Positions 30,882 to 39,722 of a stretch of DNA of 64,000 nucleotides are shown in pieces. The translations under genes and the position numbers were made by a program. The number at the start of each line of letters is the position of its first letter. Position 1 is the first letter of the stretch. Where the stretch lies: the IMG/VR virus record IMGVR_UViG_3300025097_002022, positions 16,058 to 80,057 of that record, one strand, 5' to 3'. This stretch comes from a virus. Below the pieces are notes generated by a model that was not told the DNA's origin, made no database searches, and worked only from the letters and a program-made list of their open reading frames with translations.

Positions 30882-30957
30882 ATAAATAAGGATGTATATA
30901 ACCCAATTTGCTCCCTATTTATAATGAGCGTTTTTATATAAGGAGCATTGTTATAAA

Positions 30958-32880
30958 ATGGGCGAATTTTCCTGGGCATATATTAGTGGAGGAGGCATGT
31001 CCTCCAGTGGACCAACTGGTTCCCTCCAATTCAGAGTTCCTGATGCAGGTTCCAACACTTCAATAAGTGGCTCTTCCGAGTTGATGTGGCATACTGCATC
31101 GAGCATGCTTGCAATAACTGGTAGCGTCGAGATATCAGGAACTCTCACGGCTAACCAATACAATGTCAATGTTATCGACAAGACGGTAACAAACATTTCC
31201 GCAAGCGGCGACACCATCTTCGGCGATACTGCCGACGACACACATCAGTTCACTGGCTCTGTCTATGTTAATGGTCCTTTGTCCGCATCAGCGAACATAT
31301 CCGCCTCCGCCTACTACGGCGATGGCTCAACGCTAACAGGAATCTCACCCACTAGCATGTCTGGCGCATCGGGACAATTCAACACCCTCTCGGGACTGCT
31401 TATTACAAGCGGCAATGTATATTTGGGCGACGGAGCCTCTGATATTACAACGATTGCCGGTCAACTAACTGCATCGCAGGGCGCTCTTTTCGGCGAGCGA
31501 GTGATGATAGTTGATGACAAGAGCTTAGTTTTTGGCAATCAAGGCGATTCAATCATCAGATATGATGAAGCAGGTTCAGACGCATTAGTCGTCTCAGGCT
31601 CTTCCACAGGATTGTGGCTCGGCGGAGGCTCAGTCATTATAGACAGCGCTGTAACGCAGATAACAGGAGCGATAGAACTCACAGGTTCGGGACAATCATT
31701 ACTTACATTGCACGCTCGCGATGCAGATGCTCTAAAAGAAATCGTCTTCTTGAAAGATGGAGCAACCGCAGCAGCCATTCAGATTAACTCTAGCGAGCAT
31801 TTGTTTATCGAGAACGAGAATACTAAAGATATTATCCTGAGAACAAACAACCAGAACGCTCTTAGAGTTATTGGATCTCAAAGAAAGGTAATAGTCGGAG
31901 CAGTTTCAAAGACATCTGCGAATGCTGAACTTGATGTCGAGGGAAACGCCATTGTCTCTGGAACTCTTACTACTACTGATGACATCAATCTATTAAACGA
32001 CAAGAAGCTCAACTTGGGCGATTCCGCCGATGCTCTTATCGAATACGATTCAGGAATAGGCAGACTCGTTATTTCAGGCTCCGCCATAGGTATGGACCTA
32101 GTGGGTGGCAACATAGGTGTGGATTACCCAGGCGGAACAGTGGTTTCTGGTACTGCTGGCGGCGCAGGTAGTTTTCTCGCACTCAACAGTTCTCACCAAG
32201 TTGTAGTGGCAACGCCAGCAGGAGGAGGTTCGGCATTCCCGTATACAGGCGATGCACAGATAACAGGCGGATTGGCAGTAACAAGCGGTAGTACACAGGT
32301 TTTTGAAATAGACTCCAGCGATTCTGGACTCGGCGCAGTTCGCGGAAGAATGGTTCAACACATACGAAGCGGATTCACCCTTTCATCCGGCTCACCGGCA
32401 AACACAGGTCGCTGGATTTCCCTCGGCGGAAGCCCGGCAACTGTTGCCTCGGGGTTGTCCAACTCTAATGTTATGATAACTCCGTTTTCAGGACGACTTA
32501 TAAGTGTTACATATCATTTTCCAGCCGGTGCTAGTAAACAAGATCCGAGCAAGGGGCAACCACAGTGGGAGCTTTGGGTTGGAGACGTAAACGCTCTCAA
32601 AGGGCAGAGTCTTTCAAGTGCCGTATCTATTGTCGCTCAGGCTACAGCTTCATCATGGCCTGGTGAACTTATCGTCGGAGGATTTAATGTGCAATCCGGT
32701 CAGGGCACTCTCGGAGGAACAAATACAACTGGAAGCTGGTCATTTGGCACAGGCTCTGTCGTTGCTCTGAAATTCAAATCAGGAGACGCATCCAACAATA
32801 ATTACCCAGGACAGTCCGTCATGACAACTGTATGGGAGTTCGATCAGTTAGATCCTTATATCAGTGGTTCTGGCAACTAA
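30958..32880 (+). CDS. Fibre-like virion protein with internal repeats
   Basis: SGDTIFGDTADDTHQFTGSV, duplicated DKxLxFG...IxYD segments, many SGS/TGS/SAS triplets. Confidence 0.6.
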   Translation: MGEFSWAYISGGGMSSSGPTGSLQFRVPDAGSNTSISGSSELMWHTASSMLAITGSVEISGTLTANQYNVNVIDKTVTNISASGDTIFGDTADDTHQFTGSVYVNGPLSASANISASAYYGDGSTLTGISPTSMSGASGQFNTLSGLLITSGNVYLGDGASDITTIAGQLTASQGALFGERVMIVDDKSLVFGNQGDSIIRYDEAGSDALVVSGSSTGLWLGGGSVIIDSAVTQITGAIELTGSGQSLLTLHARDADALKEIVFLKDGATAAAIQINSSEHLFIENENTKDIILRTNNQNALRVIGSQRKVIVGAVSKTSANAELDVEGNAIVSGTLTTTDDINLLNDKKLNLGDSADALIEYDSGIGRLVISGSAIGMDLVGGNIGVDYPGGTVVSGTAGGAGSFLALNSSHQVVVATPAGGGSAFPYTGDAQITGGLAVTSGSTQVFEIDSSDSGLGAVRGRMVQHIRSGFTLSSGSPANTGRWISLGGSPATVASGLSNSNVMITPFSGRLISVTYHFPAGASKQDPSKGQPQWELWVGDVNALKGQSLSSAVSIVAQATASSWPGELIVGGFNVQSGQGTLGGTNTTGSWSFGTGSVVALKFKSGDASNNNYPGQSVMTTVWEFDQLDPYISGSGN

Positions 32881-34049
32881 TGGCAAAGACTAAGAAGATA
32901 AACGGAATCGAACTTGCCTCTGTTAAGTCTGTTGGCAATGTAAGGAGGGCAAAGGTTGCAAAAATCGCAACCGATTCTTGCGCGGTTACTCAAAGAGCGA
33001 GCATGTGGTTGATACAATGGACTCCAGGTGCTTCCTTTTCATATCACACAGCGAGCAGTTTTCCAATTGCAGAATCCGACTATGCTCCAACAGGAGCTTG
33101 GTGTGGCTACAGCATCTCCCCCTGGAACGGAATGGCACCGGAGGCATACGGGGAAACTCAGGATGGCACAGGAATATTCGGATCAAACCGATATGCCGAT
33201 GGTTGGAGAGAGTTCATGCACGCATCTTCATCTCAGATATTTGCAAAAAGTTATCCTTGGACATCAGAATGGCTTGTCAATTCAGCTAATCAGAGAATGC
33301 AGAGGTGCGCTTATGGTTCAAGAGATAAGGTGTGGGTATTATCAAAGGGTCCAGTTAATGGTGACTCTCTGTATATTTCCTATAGCGATCCGACTTCTAC
33401 AAATGATCAGATGACGTGGGAGACTGTTTCAAATTTACAGTCTGGAGATAGCTCTCAAAATAGGATAGAATATTGCGGAGGGAGGAAATACGCAGTACAA
33501 GCCAATGCAAGATTTTGGATTAATACTGGCTCCTTGTCAAGCTCTGTTGCAAACTCTGCTGACTGGATTAAGACAACGGACAATATGGGGTTCTCTCCTT
33601 CTGACACGGGAAATCCTGCTGATTATTGTTATGGAAACACTCCAAATGATTCAGATGGAAGATTTGTCGCAGTAGGCGGATCCAACGTCATACGATATAG
33701 TACGGACAATGGCGTAACTTGGAGCGCTGCAACAGTTGATGGCACCAGTATAAACTATGCTTCTGTTTGCTATAACGCCCGAGAGGATGTCTTCATCGCC
33801 GTCGGCAATAGTTCAAGAATAGCAACAAGCTCTGACGGCGGCGAAACTTGGACCAGCTTCACAGTCGGTACAAATAATTTCTACTGGGTTGATACTGATG
33901 GATTTTCAACAGTCGCCGGAGGAAAGAACAATACATTATGGATTTGTACCGGCAGTTTGGATACTTGGGAATCCGCAACAGTACAGGGCTTCAATGGTAC
34001 AGAAGATGCAAATGCCCCATTTTGTTGCAATGTGATTAAGCCATTATAA
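32880..34049 (+). CDS. Asp-box (BNR) beta-propeller protein
   Basis: YSTDNGVTW and TSSDGGETW Asp-boxes; TAATG coupling. Confidence 0.65.
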   Translation: MAKTKKINGIELASVKSVGNVRRAKVAKIATDSCAVTQRASMWLIQWTPGASFSYHTASSFPIAESDYAPTGAWCGYSISPWNGMAPEAYGETQDGTGIFGSNRYADGWREFMHASSSQIFAKSYPWTSEWLVNSANQRMQRCAYGSRDKVWVLSKGPVNGDSLYISYSDPTSTNDQMTWETVSNLQSGDSSQNRIEYCGGRKYAVQANARFWINTGSLSSSVANSADWIKTTDNMGFSPSDTGNPADYCYGNTPNDSDGRFVAVGGSNVIRYSTDNGVTWSAATVDGTSINYASVCYNAREDVFIAVGNSSRIATSSDGGETWTSFTVGTNNFYWVDTDGFSTVAGGKNNTLWICTGSLDTWESATVQGFNGTEDANAPFCCNVIKPL

Positions 34050-34120
34050 CATAATCAGGCATTTACATTTTTAGAATACTATTTATTTGTGACTAAATAC
34101 ATTTAACGGAGTCCATACTT

Positions 34121-35137
34121 ATGTCCACCTTGCTTGAACAGGCAATTATTGATGCTGAAGCCTTAAGAGAGGCTGCGATTAAAAACGCAGAAGCATCAAT
34201 TGTCGAGAAATACTCCACCGAAGTAAAAGCTGCTGTCGAATCACTTTTAAGTGAAGAATTTGAAGAAGAGCTTGATGATGCCGGTGGATTGGAAGGAGAG
34301 GCAGAGGAGAGCCCAGTGATGGATGAAATTCCTTATGCCACCGAGGGAGAAGATGAGCCAATTACTGTTCGTCTCGATCTTGAAGCACTAGAGCGAGCCC
34401 TTGATGAAGAGGGCTCCACCACCGCTGAAGAGACTCATGAGGATCTCGCAGAAGAAGTTCTTGACGAGAATCTTGAAGACTTAGATTCACCGACAGACGA
34501 AGAAGACTTAGAAGCTGCAGCGGCAGACGAAGAAGTTGAGCTTGACGAAGAGCTTCTCGCTGCAATCGCAGAAGAGTTGAAAGTCGATGTAGGCATGCCC
34601 TCACAGGGACTCGGCGGAAGGACAACTCCAACTTCTGCCGACTTGGACGGGCAAGAAGCAACTCTTGCAAATCTTAAAGACGATGAACTTGCTGAAGAGC
34701 ACGAAGCTCTCCAAAAAGCAAAAGAAGAAGCAGACATGTATCTGGAGCAAGTGAATACGCTTACAGTTACAAAGGCAAAGCTTCAGGAAACAATTTTACA
34801 ACTTAATGAGCGCATGGAAGAGGTGAACCTCTCCAACGCTCGACTACTTTACACAAACCGTGTCTTGAAAAGCAACTCCTTGAATGAGCGACAACGAACA
34901 AGAATTGTCGAGTCTATTTCAACTGCTGGTTCTGTAGAAGAGGCGAAGGTAATCTATGATACACTTCAAAGCGCAGTGGGAGGCACAAAGCGTGCCCCGC
35001 AATCACTAAGCGAAGCAGTTGACAGATCTTCTCCAACACTCCCTCGTAATTCTTCGAGGAAAACTAAACAACAAAATGCTCAAAATCCACAATATAACAG
35101 GATGAGAGCATTAGCAGGCATTAAAGGAGATAACTAA
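34121..35137 (+). CDS. Prohead scaffold protein (T4 gp22-like)
   Basis: Highly acidic coiled coil directly upstream of the MCP; ends RMRALAGIK. Confidence 0.75.
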   Translation: MSTLLEQAIIDAEALREAAIKNAEASIVEKYSTEVKAAVESLLSEEFEEELDDAGGLEGEAEESPVMDEIPYATEGEDEPITVRLDLEALERALDEEGSTTAEETHEDLAEEVLDENLEDLDSPTDEEDLEAAAADEEVELDEELLAAIAEELKVDVGMPSQGLGGRTTPTSADLDGQEATLANLKDDELAEEHEALQKAKEEADMYLEQVNTLTVTKAKLQETILQLNERMEEVNLSNARLLYTNRVLKSNSLNERQRTRIVESISTAGSVEEAKVIYDTLQSAVGGTKRAPQSLSEAVDRSSPTLPRNSSRKTKQQNAQNPQYNRMRALAGIKGDN

Positions 35138-36847
35138 ATGTCAATCTTAGATAAATTAACAGAAGGCATCGTTGATCGTGATCTCTCCAAGGAAGGCGCA
35201 GCACTACTTAATAAGTGGGAACGCACCGGACTTTTAGAGGGCATCGATGGTGACCGCAAGAAGAACAGCATGGCTCGACTTCTTGAAAATCAAGCAAAGG
35301 AACTTCTTCGTGAGAGTTCCGCAATGGCAGGCGGAGACGTAGAAGGTTTCGCCGCTGTAGCATTCCCAATCGTTCGTCGTGTATTCGGTGGACTTATCGC
35401 TAACGATCTCGTAAGCGTTCAACCAATGAGCCTTCCATCAGGACTCATCTTCTTCCTCGACTTCACCGTTTCTAACGATACTGGTAGCCGTCTTGGAATG
35501 ATCTCTGCAGAATCACTTTACGGTGGTGGCGTAGTTGGTCAACAAATCACAGGCGGTGTTTCATTGTCTGGTTTGAATGCTGAGAACTCTTTCTACGCAC
35601 TCAACAACGGCTATTCTTCACCAACTCGCTCTGCAGGCTGCACAGTCACAGCTATTACCTCCGGTACTTTCGGTGGCACTGGTGATGCTCTCTGGGCATC
35701 CATCGGTGATCGCATCTGTCGCTACGATCCAGACTTAGTTTCTGGAACAACCAACGTCGTTATTGGTACAGCAACAGTTACAAGCATGGCTCAGTTGAAC
35801 TTGGACAACCTCGTTGCCATTTCTTCTTCTCAAGCCTTGGCAGGCGCACAGCAAGCTCGTCGTTTGAGTCAGCTTTCTGGTTCTGACAGTGGCTTGTGGC
35901 AAGCTGGTGATGCAAAAAGCAACGTGCTTTTGGTATGGACTTCCGATACAGCAACTCCAGTTGCTTTGTCAGCTTCATTCTGCGGCGTAGGCGAGACTCT
36001 CGTTTGGCCACAAGATGATCTCATGCAAGCCGGCGGAGGACTCGGTTCTGTCGTTGGTGATCCTCAATGGGGACTTGAAGCACAGACTGCTATCCCAGAA
36101 ATCGACATCAAAGTTGACTCTGTAAGCATCACTGCTATCACCAAAAAGCTGAAGGCTAAGTGGACTCCTGAGTTGGGACAAGATCTTAACGCATACCACA
36201 ACCTCGACGCAGAAGTAGAGCTTACCAGCATTCTCTCCGAGCAAATTGCTCTTGAGATCGACCGTGAGATCCTTGAAGATCTCGTTATGGGCGCAGCCGC
36301 TGGACGTTACTACTGGTCCCGCGCAGCAGGACGATTCGTAAACCGTCTCACTGGACAAGAAGTTGGCGCTACAACCGCTACTCCTGATTTCACTGGTACT
36401 GTTTCCGAGTGGTACGAGACTCTCGTTGAGACAATCAACGATGTCTCTGCACAGATCCATCGCAAGACTCTCCGTGGCGGAGCCAACTTCGTAGTGTGTT
36501 CACCTGAAGTTGCTAACGTCCTTGAGTTTACCGCTGGCTTCCGCGCAAACATCACTGCTGATGCAGATCGCGGCACCATCGGTGCAGTAAAAACTGGCTC
36601 ATTGAGCAAGAAGTGGGACGTATATGTCGATCCTTACTTCCCTCGCAACGTGATCCTTGTTGGTCGTAAGGGTGGTTCATTCCTCGAAAGTGGTTATGTA
36701 TACTCCCCATATGTCCCACTGCAGGTGACTCCCACCATCTTCGGAACCGAAGACTTCGTACCTCGCAAGGGTGTGATGACTCGCTACGGCAAAAAGATGG
36801 TACGTCCCGACATGTATGGACTCGTCATTGTTGTCGATCTTGTTTGA
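35138..36847 (+). CDS. Major capsid protein (T4 gp23-like)
   Basis: VSVQPMSLPSGLIFFLDF, KLKAKWTPELGQDLNAYH, EIDREIL, YSPYVPL, GVMTRYG. Confidence 0.95.
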   Translation: MSILDKLTEGIVDRDLSKEGAALLNKWERTGLLEGIDGDRKKNSMARLLENQAKELLRESSAMAGGDVEGFAAVAFPIVRRVFGGLIANDLVSVQPMSLPSGLIFFLDFTVSNDTGSRLGMISAESLYGGGVVGQQITGGVSLSGLNAENSFYALNNGYSSPTRSAGCTVTAITSGTFGGTGDALWASIGDRICRYDPDLVSGTTNVVIGTATVTSMAQLNLDNLVAISSSQALAGAQQARRLSQLSGSDSGLWQAGDAKSNVLLVWTSDTATPVALSASFCGVGETLVWPQDDLMQAGGGLGSVVGDPQWGLEAQTAIPEIDIKVDSVSITAITKKLKAKWTPELGQDLNAYHNLDAEVELTSILSEQIALEIDREILEDLVMGAAAGRYYWSRAAGRFVNRLTGQEVGATTATPDFTGTVSEWYETLVETINDVSAQIHRKTLRGGANFVVCSPEVANVLEFTAGFRANITADADRGTIGAVKTGSLSKKWDVYVDPYFPRNVILVGRKGGSFLESGYVYSPYVPLQVTPTIFGTEDFVPRKGVMTRYGKKMVRPDMYGLVIVVDLV

Positions 36848-36880
36848 TAGATAATATCGCAATATAAAACGATAGCGTAA

Positions 36881-36920
36881 AAAGAATTCCCTCGTCATGC
36901 AGATGGCGGGGGTTTTCTTT
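36881..36920 (+). terminator. Rho-independent terminator after MCP
   Basis: ccctcgtcat-gcag-atggcggggg stem followed by ttttcttt. Confidence 0.75.
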
Positions 36921-36958
36921 ATTCCGTCAACTATTTACACTGAGGAGACTTATACTTA

Positions 36959-38248
36959 ATGGCAATCCCCACCCTTACCCCCGCTTCTACTGTCAGTGCA
37001 ATCGTTCTTCCTGCAACAGGATTAACTACCTCCGTCGCTGCAAATTGTCCGATTGGAGTTTATGCAGCGTCTACGGATTTCTTATCCGGCGCATCCGATC
37101 AAGTGGCATACACTTATCAGAAACTCGGCGGAGACATCTTAGACATCGAATTGACGACAGGTAGTGTCTATGCTGCATATGAAGAGGCAGTTCTCGAATA
37201 CTCATATATCATCAATCTCCATCAGTCAAAGAACGTACTGCCAGACTTCCTCGGCAACGTAACTGGAACATTTGATCATGATGGGAGTTTAAAATCCGGC
37301 ATACTATCTTCCAGCTTGAGCGGAACACATCTCGCTCTCAAGTTCCCGAAGATGACATTCTCTTATAATCAGAGAGTCACAGAAGGCTTTTCAACTCAGG
37401 CGGCAATGGGAGGCACAACTCCAATTTACTCTGCCTCGTTCGCCCGTGCTGAAACCCAGGACTATGATCTCCAAGCAATTTTGTCAAGCGCCTCTGTGAA
37501 CAACTTAGACGTAGCAACAGGCAACCCTGTCCCATACGCTGGCATGATAGCCGATAGAAAGGTAATCATTGAGGAGGTGTATTATAAGACACCCGGCGCA
37601 ATGTGGAGGTTCTTTGGATATTACGGAGGACTCAATACTGTTGGAAACCTTTCCAACTATGGACAGTATGCCGATGATTCAACATTTCAGCTAATTCCTG
37701 TCTGGCAAAACAAGGCACAGGCAATGGCATTCGAGGACTCAATCTACACCAGGAACTCTCATTATTCATATGAGTTGAAAGGAAGCAAACTTAGAATATT
37801 CCCCATGCCACCAGCCAGCATAAGTCCAGCCTATTATTGGTTCAATTTTAGATTGGCAGAAGATGCCTGGACTGAGACATCAGGTTCCGTATCTGGAGTC
37901 AATGGAATTAACAATATGAACACTCTCCCGTTTGCCAACATTCCATACGAGAATGTTAACTCAATCGGAAAGCAGTGGATTCGAAGATTCGCTCTTGCTC
38001 TTTGTAAGGAGACTCTTGGACAAACTCGTTCCAAGTTTGCTTCAATTCCTATCCCCGGAGAGTCAGTAACATTAAATGGTCCGGCATTAATTACAGAAGG
38101 AAGAGAAACTCAGGAGAAACTAAGAACAGAATTGAAGGACACTCTCGATCAGTTAACCTATCAAGCCTTAGCGGAGAAAGAATCGTCTATATCTGACTCT
38201 GTTGAGAATGTCACCAAGAAGGTTCCAACAGGTGTCTTTGTCGGATAA
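36959..38248 (+). CDS. Neck/head-completion protein (gp13-like)
   Basis: Position after MCP; LGGDILDIELT, WIRRFALALCKETLGQTRSKF, GESVTLNG. Confidence 0.7.
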   Translation: MAIPTLTPASTVSAIVLPATGLTTSVAANCPIGVYAASTDFLSGASDQVAYTYQKLGGDILDIELTTGSVYAAYEEAVLEYSYIINLHQSKNVLPDFLGNVTGTFDHDGSLKSGILSSSLSGTHLALKFPKMTFSYNQRVTEGFSTQAAMGGTTPIYSASFARAETQDYDLQAILSSASVNNLDVATGNPVPYAGMIADRKVIIEEVYYKTPGAMWRFFGYYGGLNTVGNLSNYGQYADDSTFQLIPVWQNKAQAMAFEDSIYTRNSHYSYELKGSKLRIFPMPPASISPAYYWFNFRLAEDAWTETSGSVSGVNGINNMNTLPFANIPYENVNSIGKQWIRRFALALCKETLGQTRSKFASIPIPGESVTLNGPALITEGRETQEKLRTELKDTLDQLTYQALAEKESSISDSVENVTKKVPTGVFVG

Positions 38249-38264
38249 AGGGGAGCGATAGAAC

Positions 38265-38759
38265 ATGTCAGATGAAAATGAATGGAGTCAACCTGCTCAG
38301 CCTCCTCCCCCTCTCTTTCTTGGAGAGAAGGAGCGCAATCTTGTTAAGCAAGTCAATGATGAACTTGTTGAGAGAGTCATTGGACAGCAAGTTGTATATT
38401 ACCCAATCGACAACTCGATTACTCAATACAATGACATCTACGGCGAAGCTATTGTGAAGACATTTCTCCCTCCAGTCAGAGTCTATGCTCTCGTGAACTA
38501 TGATAGCATCCAGACAAAAGCAGATGACGCTACGGGACTTGACAAGTCGAGCAAGATAACTGTCAACTTCCATAAGAGAAGATTAACAGAAGATCAAAAC
38601 CTATTTGTCCGCGAAGGCGACTTTGTCCTCTACGGCGGACTCTTTTACGAGATCACTTCCTTGTCTCAACCAAGAGAGCTATTCGGACAGATTGATCACA
38701 AATTTGAAATAACCGCAGCTTGCACAGTTTCGAGGGAGGGTTTGTTCGATGCCACATGA
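38265..38759 (+). CDS. Neck/head-closure protein (gp14-like)
   Basis: GQQVVYY, DIYGE, VREGDFV; position in the neck cluster. Confidence 0.6.
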   Translation: MSDENEWSQPAQPPPPLFLGEKERNLVKQVNDELVERVIGQQVVYYPIDNSITQYNDIYGEAIVKTFLPPVRVYALVNYDSIQTKADDATGLDKSSKITVNFHKRRLTEDQNLFVREGDFVLYGGLFYEITSLSQPRELFGQIDHKFEITAACTVSREGLFDAT

Positions 38760-39612
38760 TGATAAGTTGGGAGACATTACCTTTATGCCCTCTACTATCG
38801 AAACAATTGACAGAGCATTGTTCGATCACATTGATGATAGTCTCGACATCTTCTGCTCAACAAACAAGGGCTGGAAGAAAGTTCCTTTCTATTGGACAGG
38901 CGCGGAGAGAGCATTCCAGATAAAGCACGACAAAGACTTGCGAGATTCTAATGGAGTCTTAATATATCCTCTGATGACAATCGAGAGAGTATCTATTGCG
39001 AAGGACATCTCTAAGAGAGGGTCTGTTTACGCACCCATTCCAAATCGTGCAGATGCGAAAGGCGGAATAATGACTGTCGGAAGAGTTATCAAGCAAAATA
39101 AGACGGCAAACTTCGCCAACGCAGATGCAAAGAGAGTTGTTCTTAACGTCGGCAATGGGCAAAGCAATTTTCCAAAAAAGAATGACAAAGTGGTTTATGA
39201 AACATTGTCAATGCCAATCCCAGTCTATCTTGAGGTAGTCTATAAGCTCACAATTAAGACAGAGTATCAGCAACAAATGAATGAGATTATCACTCCATTC
39301 ATGACTTCTCCAGGCGGCGTTAATTACTTCAGCGCAGCAAAAGATGGACATCGATTTGAAGTCTTTGTTGATTCCGAATATTCTCTCGATAACAATTCAT
39401 CTGCCCTGAATGAAGATGAGCGAGGATATAGGACAGATATATCTTTCAGAGTCATTGGGTATATTATCGGAGCAGGCAAGAACGATGAGCAGCCAAAGAT
39501 TGTCAGAAGGGAAAATGCAGTCGAAATTAAGATGCCGAGAGAACACGTTATATTCGGTGATATCCCAGAGAACCTACATGTCAGCGGCAATGTTCCCTTT
39601 TATCGGGATTAG
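38749..39612 (+). CDS. Tail terminator/sheath stabiliser (gp15-like)
   Basis: KVPFYWTGAERA, YPLMTIER, PIPVYLEVVYKL..KT.YQQQMNEII; directly upstream of the sheath gene. Confidence 0.6.
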   Translation: MPHDDKLGDITFMPSTIETIDRALFDHIDDSLDIFCSTNKGWKKVPFYWTGAERAFQIKHDKDLRDSNGVLIYPLMTIERVSIAKDISKRGSVYAPIPNRADAKGGIMTVGRVIKQNKTANFANADAKRVVLNVGNGQSNFPKKNDKVVYETLSMPIPVYLEVVYKLTIKTEYQQQMNEIITPFMTSPGGVNYFSAAKDGHRFEVFVDSEYSLDNNSSALNEDERGYRTDISFRVIGYIIGAGKNDEQPKIVRRENAVEIKMPREHVIFGDIPENLHVSGNVPFYRD

Positions 39613-39722
39613 TCCACAGTTATTTGTGCCTTTAGGCATTCGCTCAACTATTTACTAACGATAATACGAATATATTTATATTTCGAAGATTATGTTGTAA
39701 CGCTGTAAGGAGACAATACATA

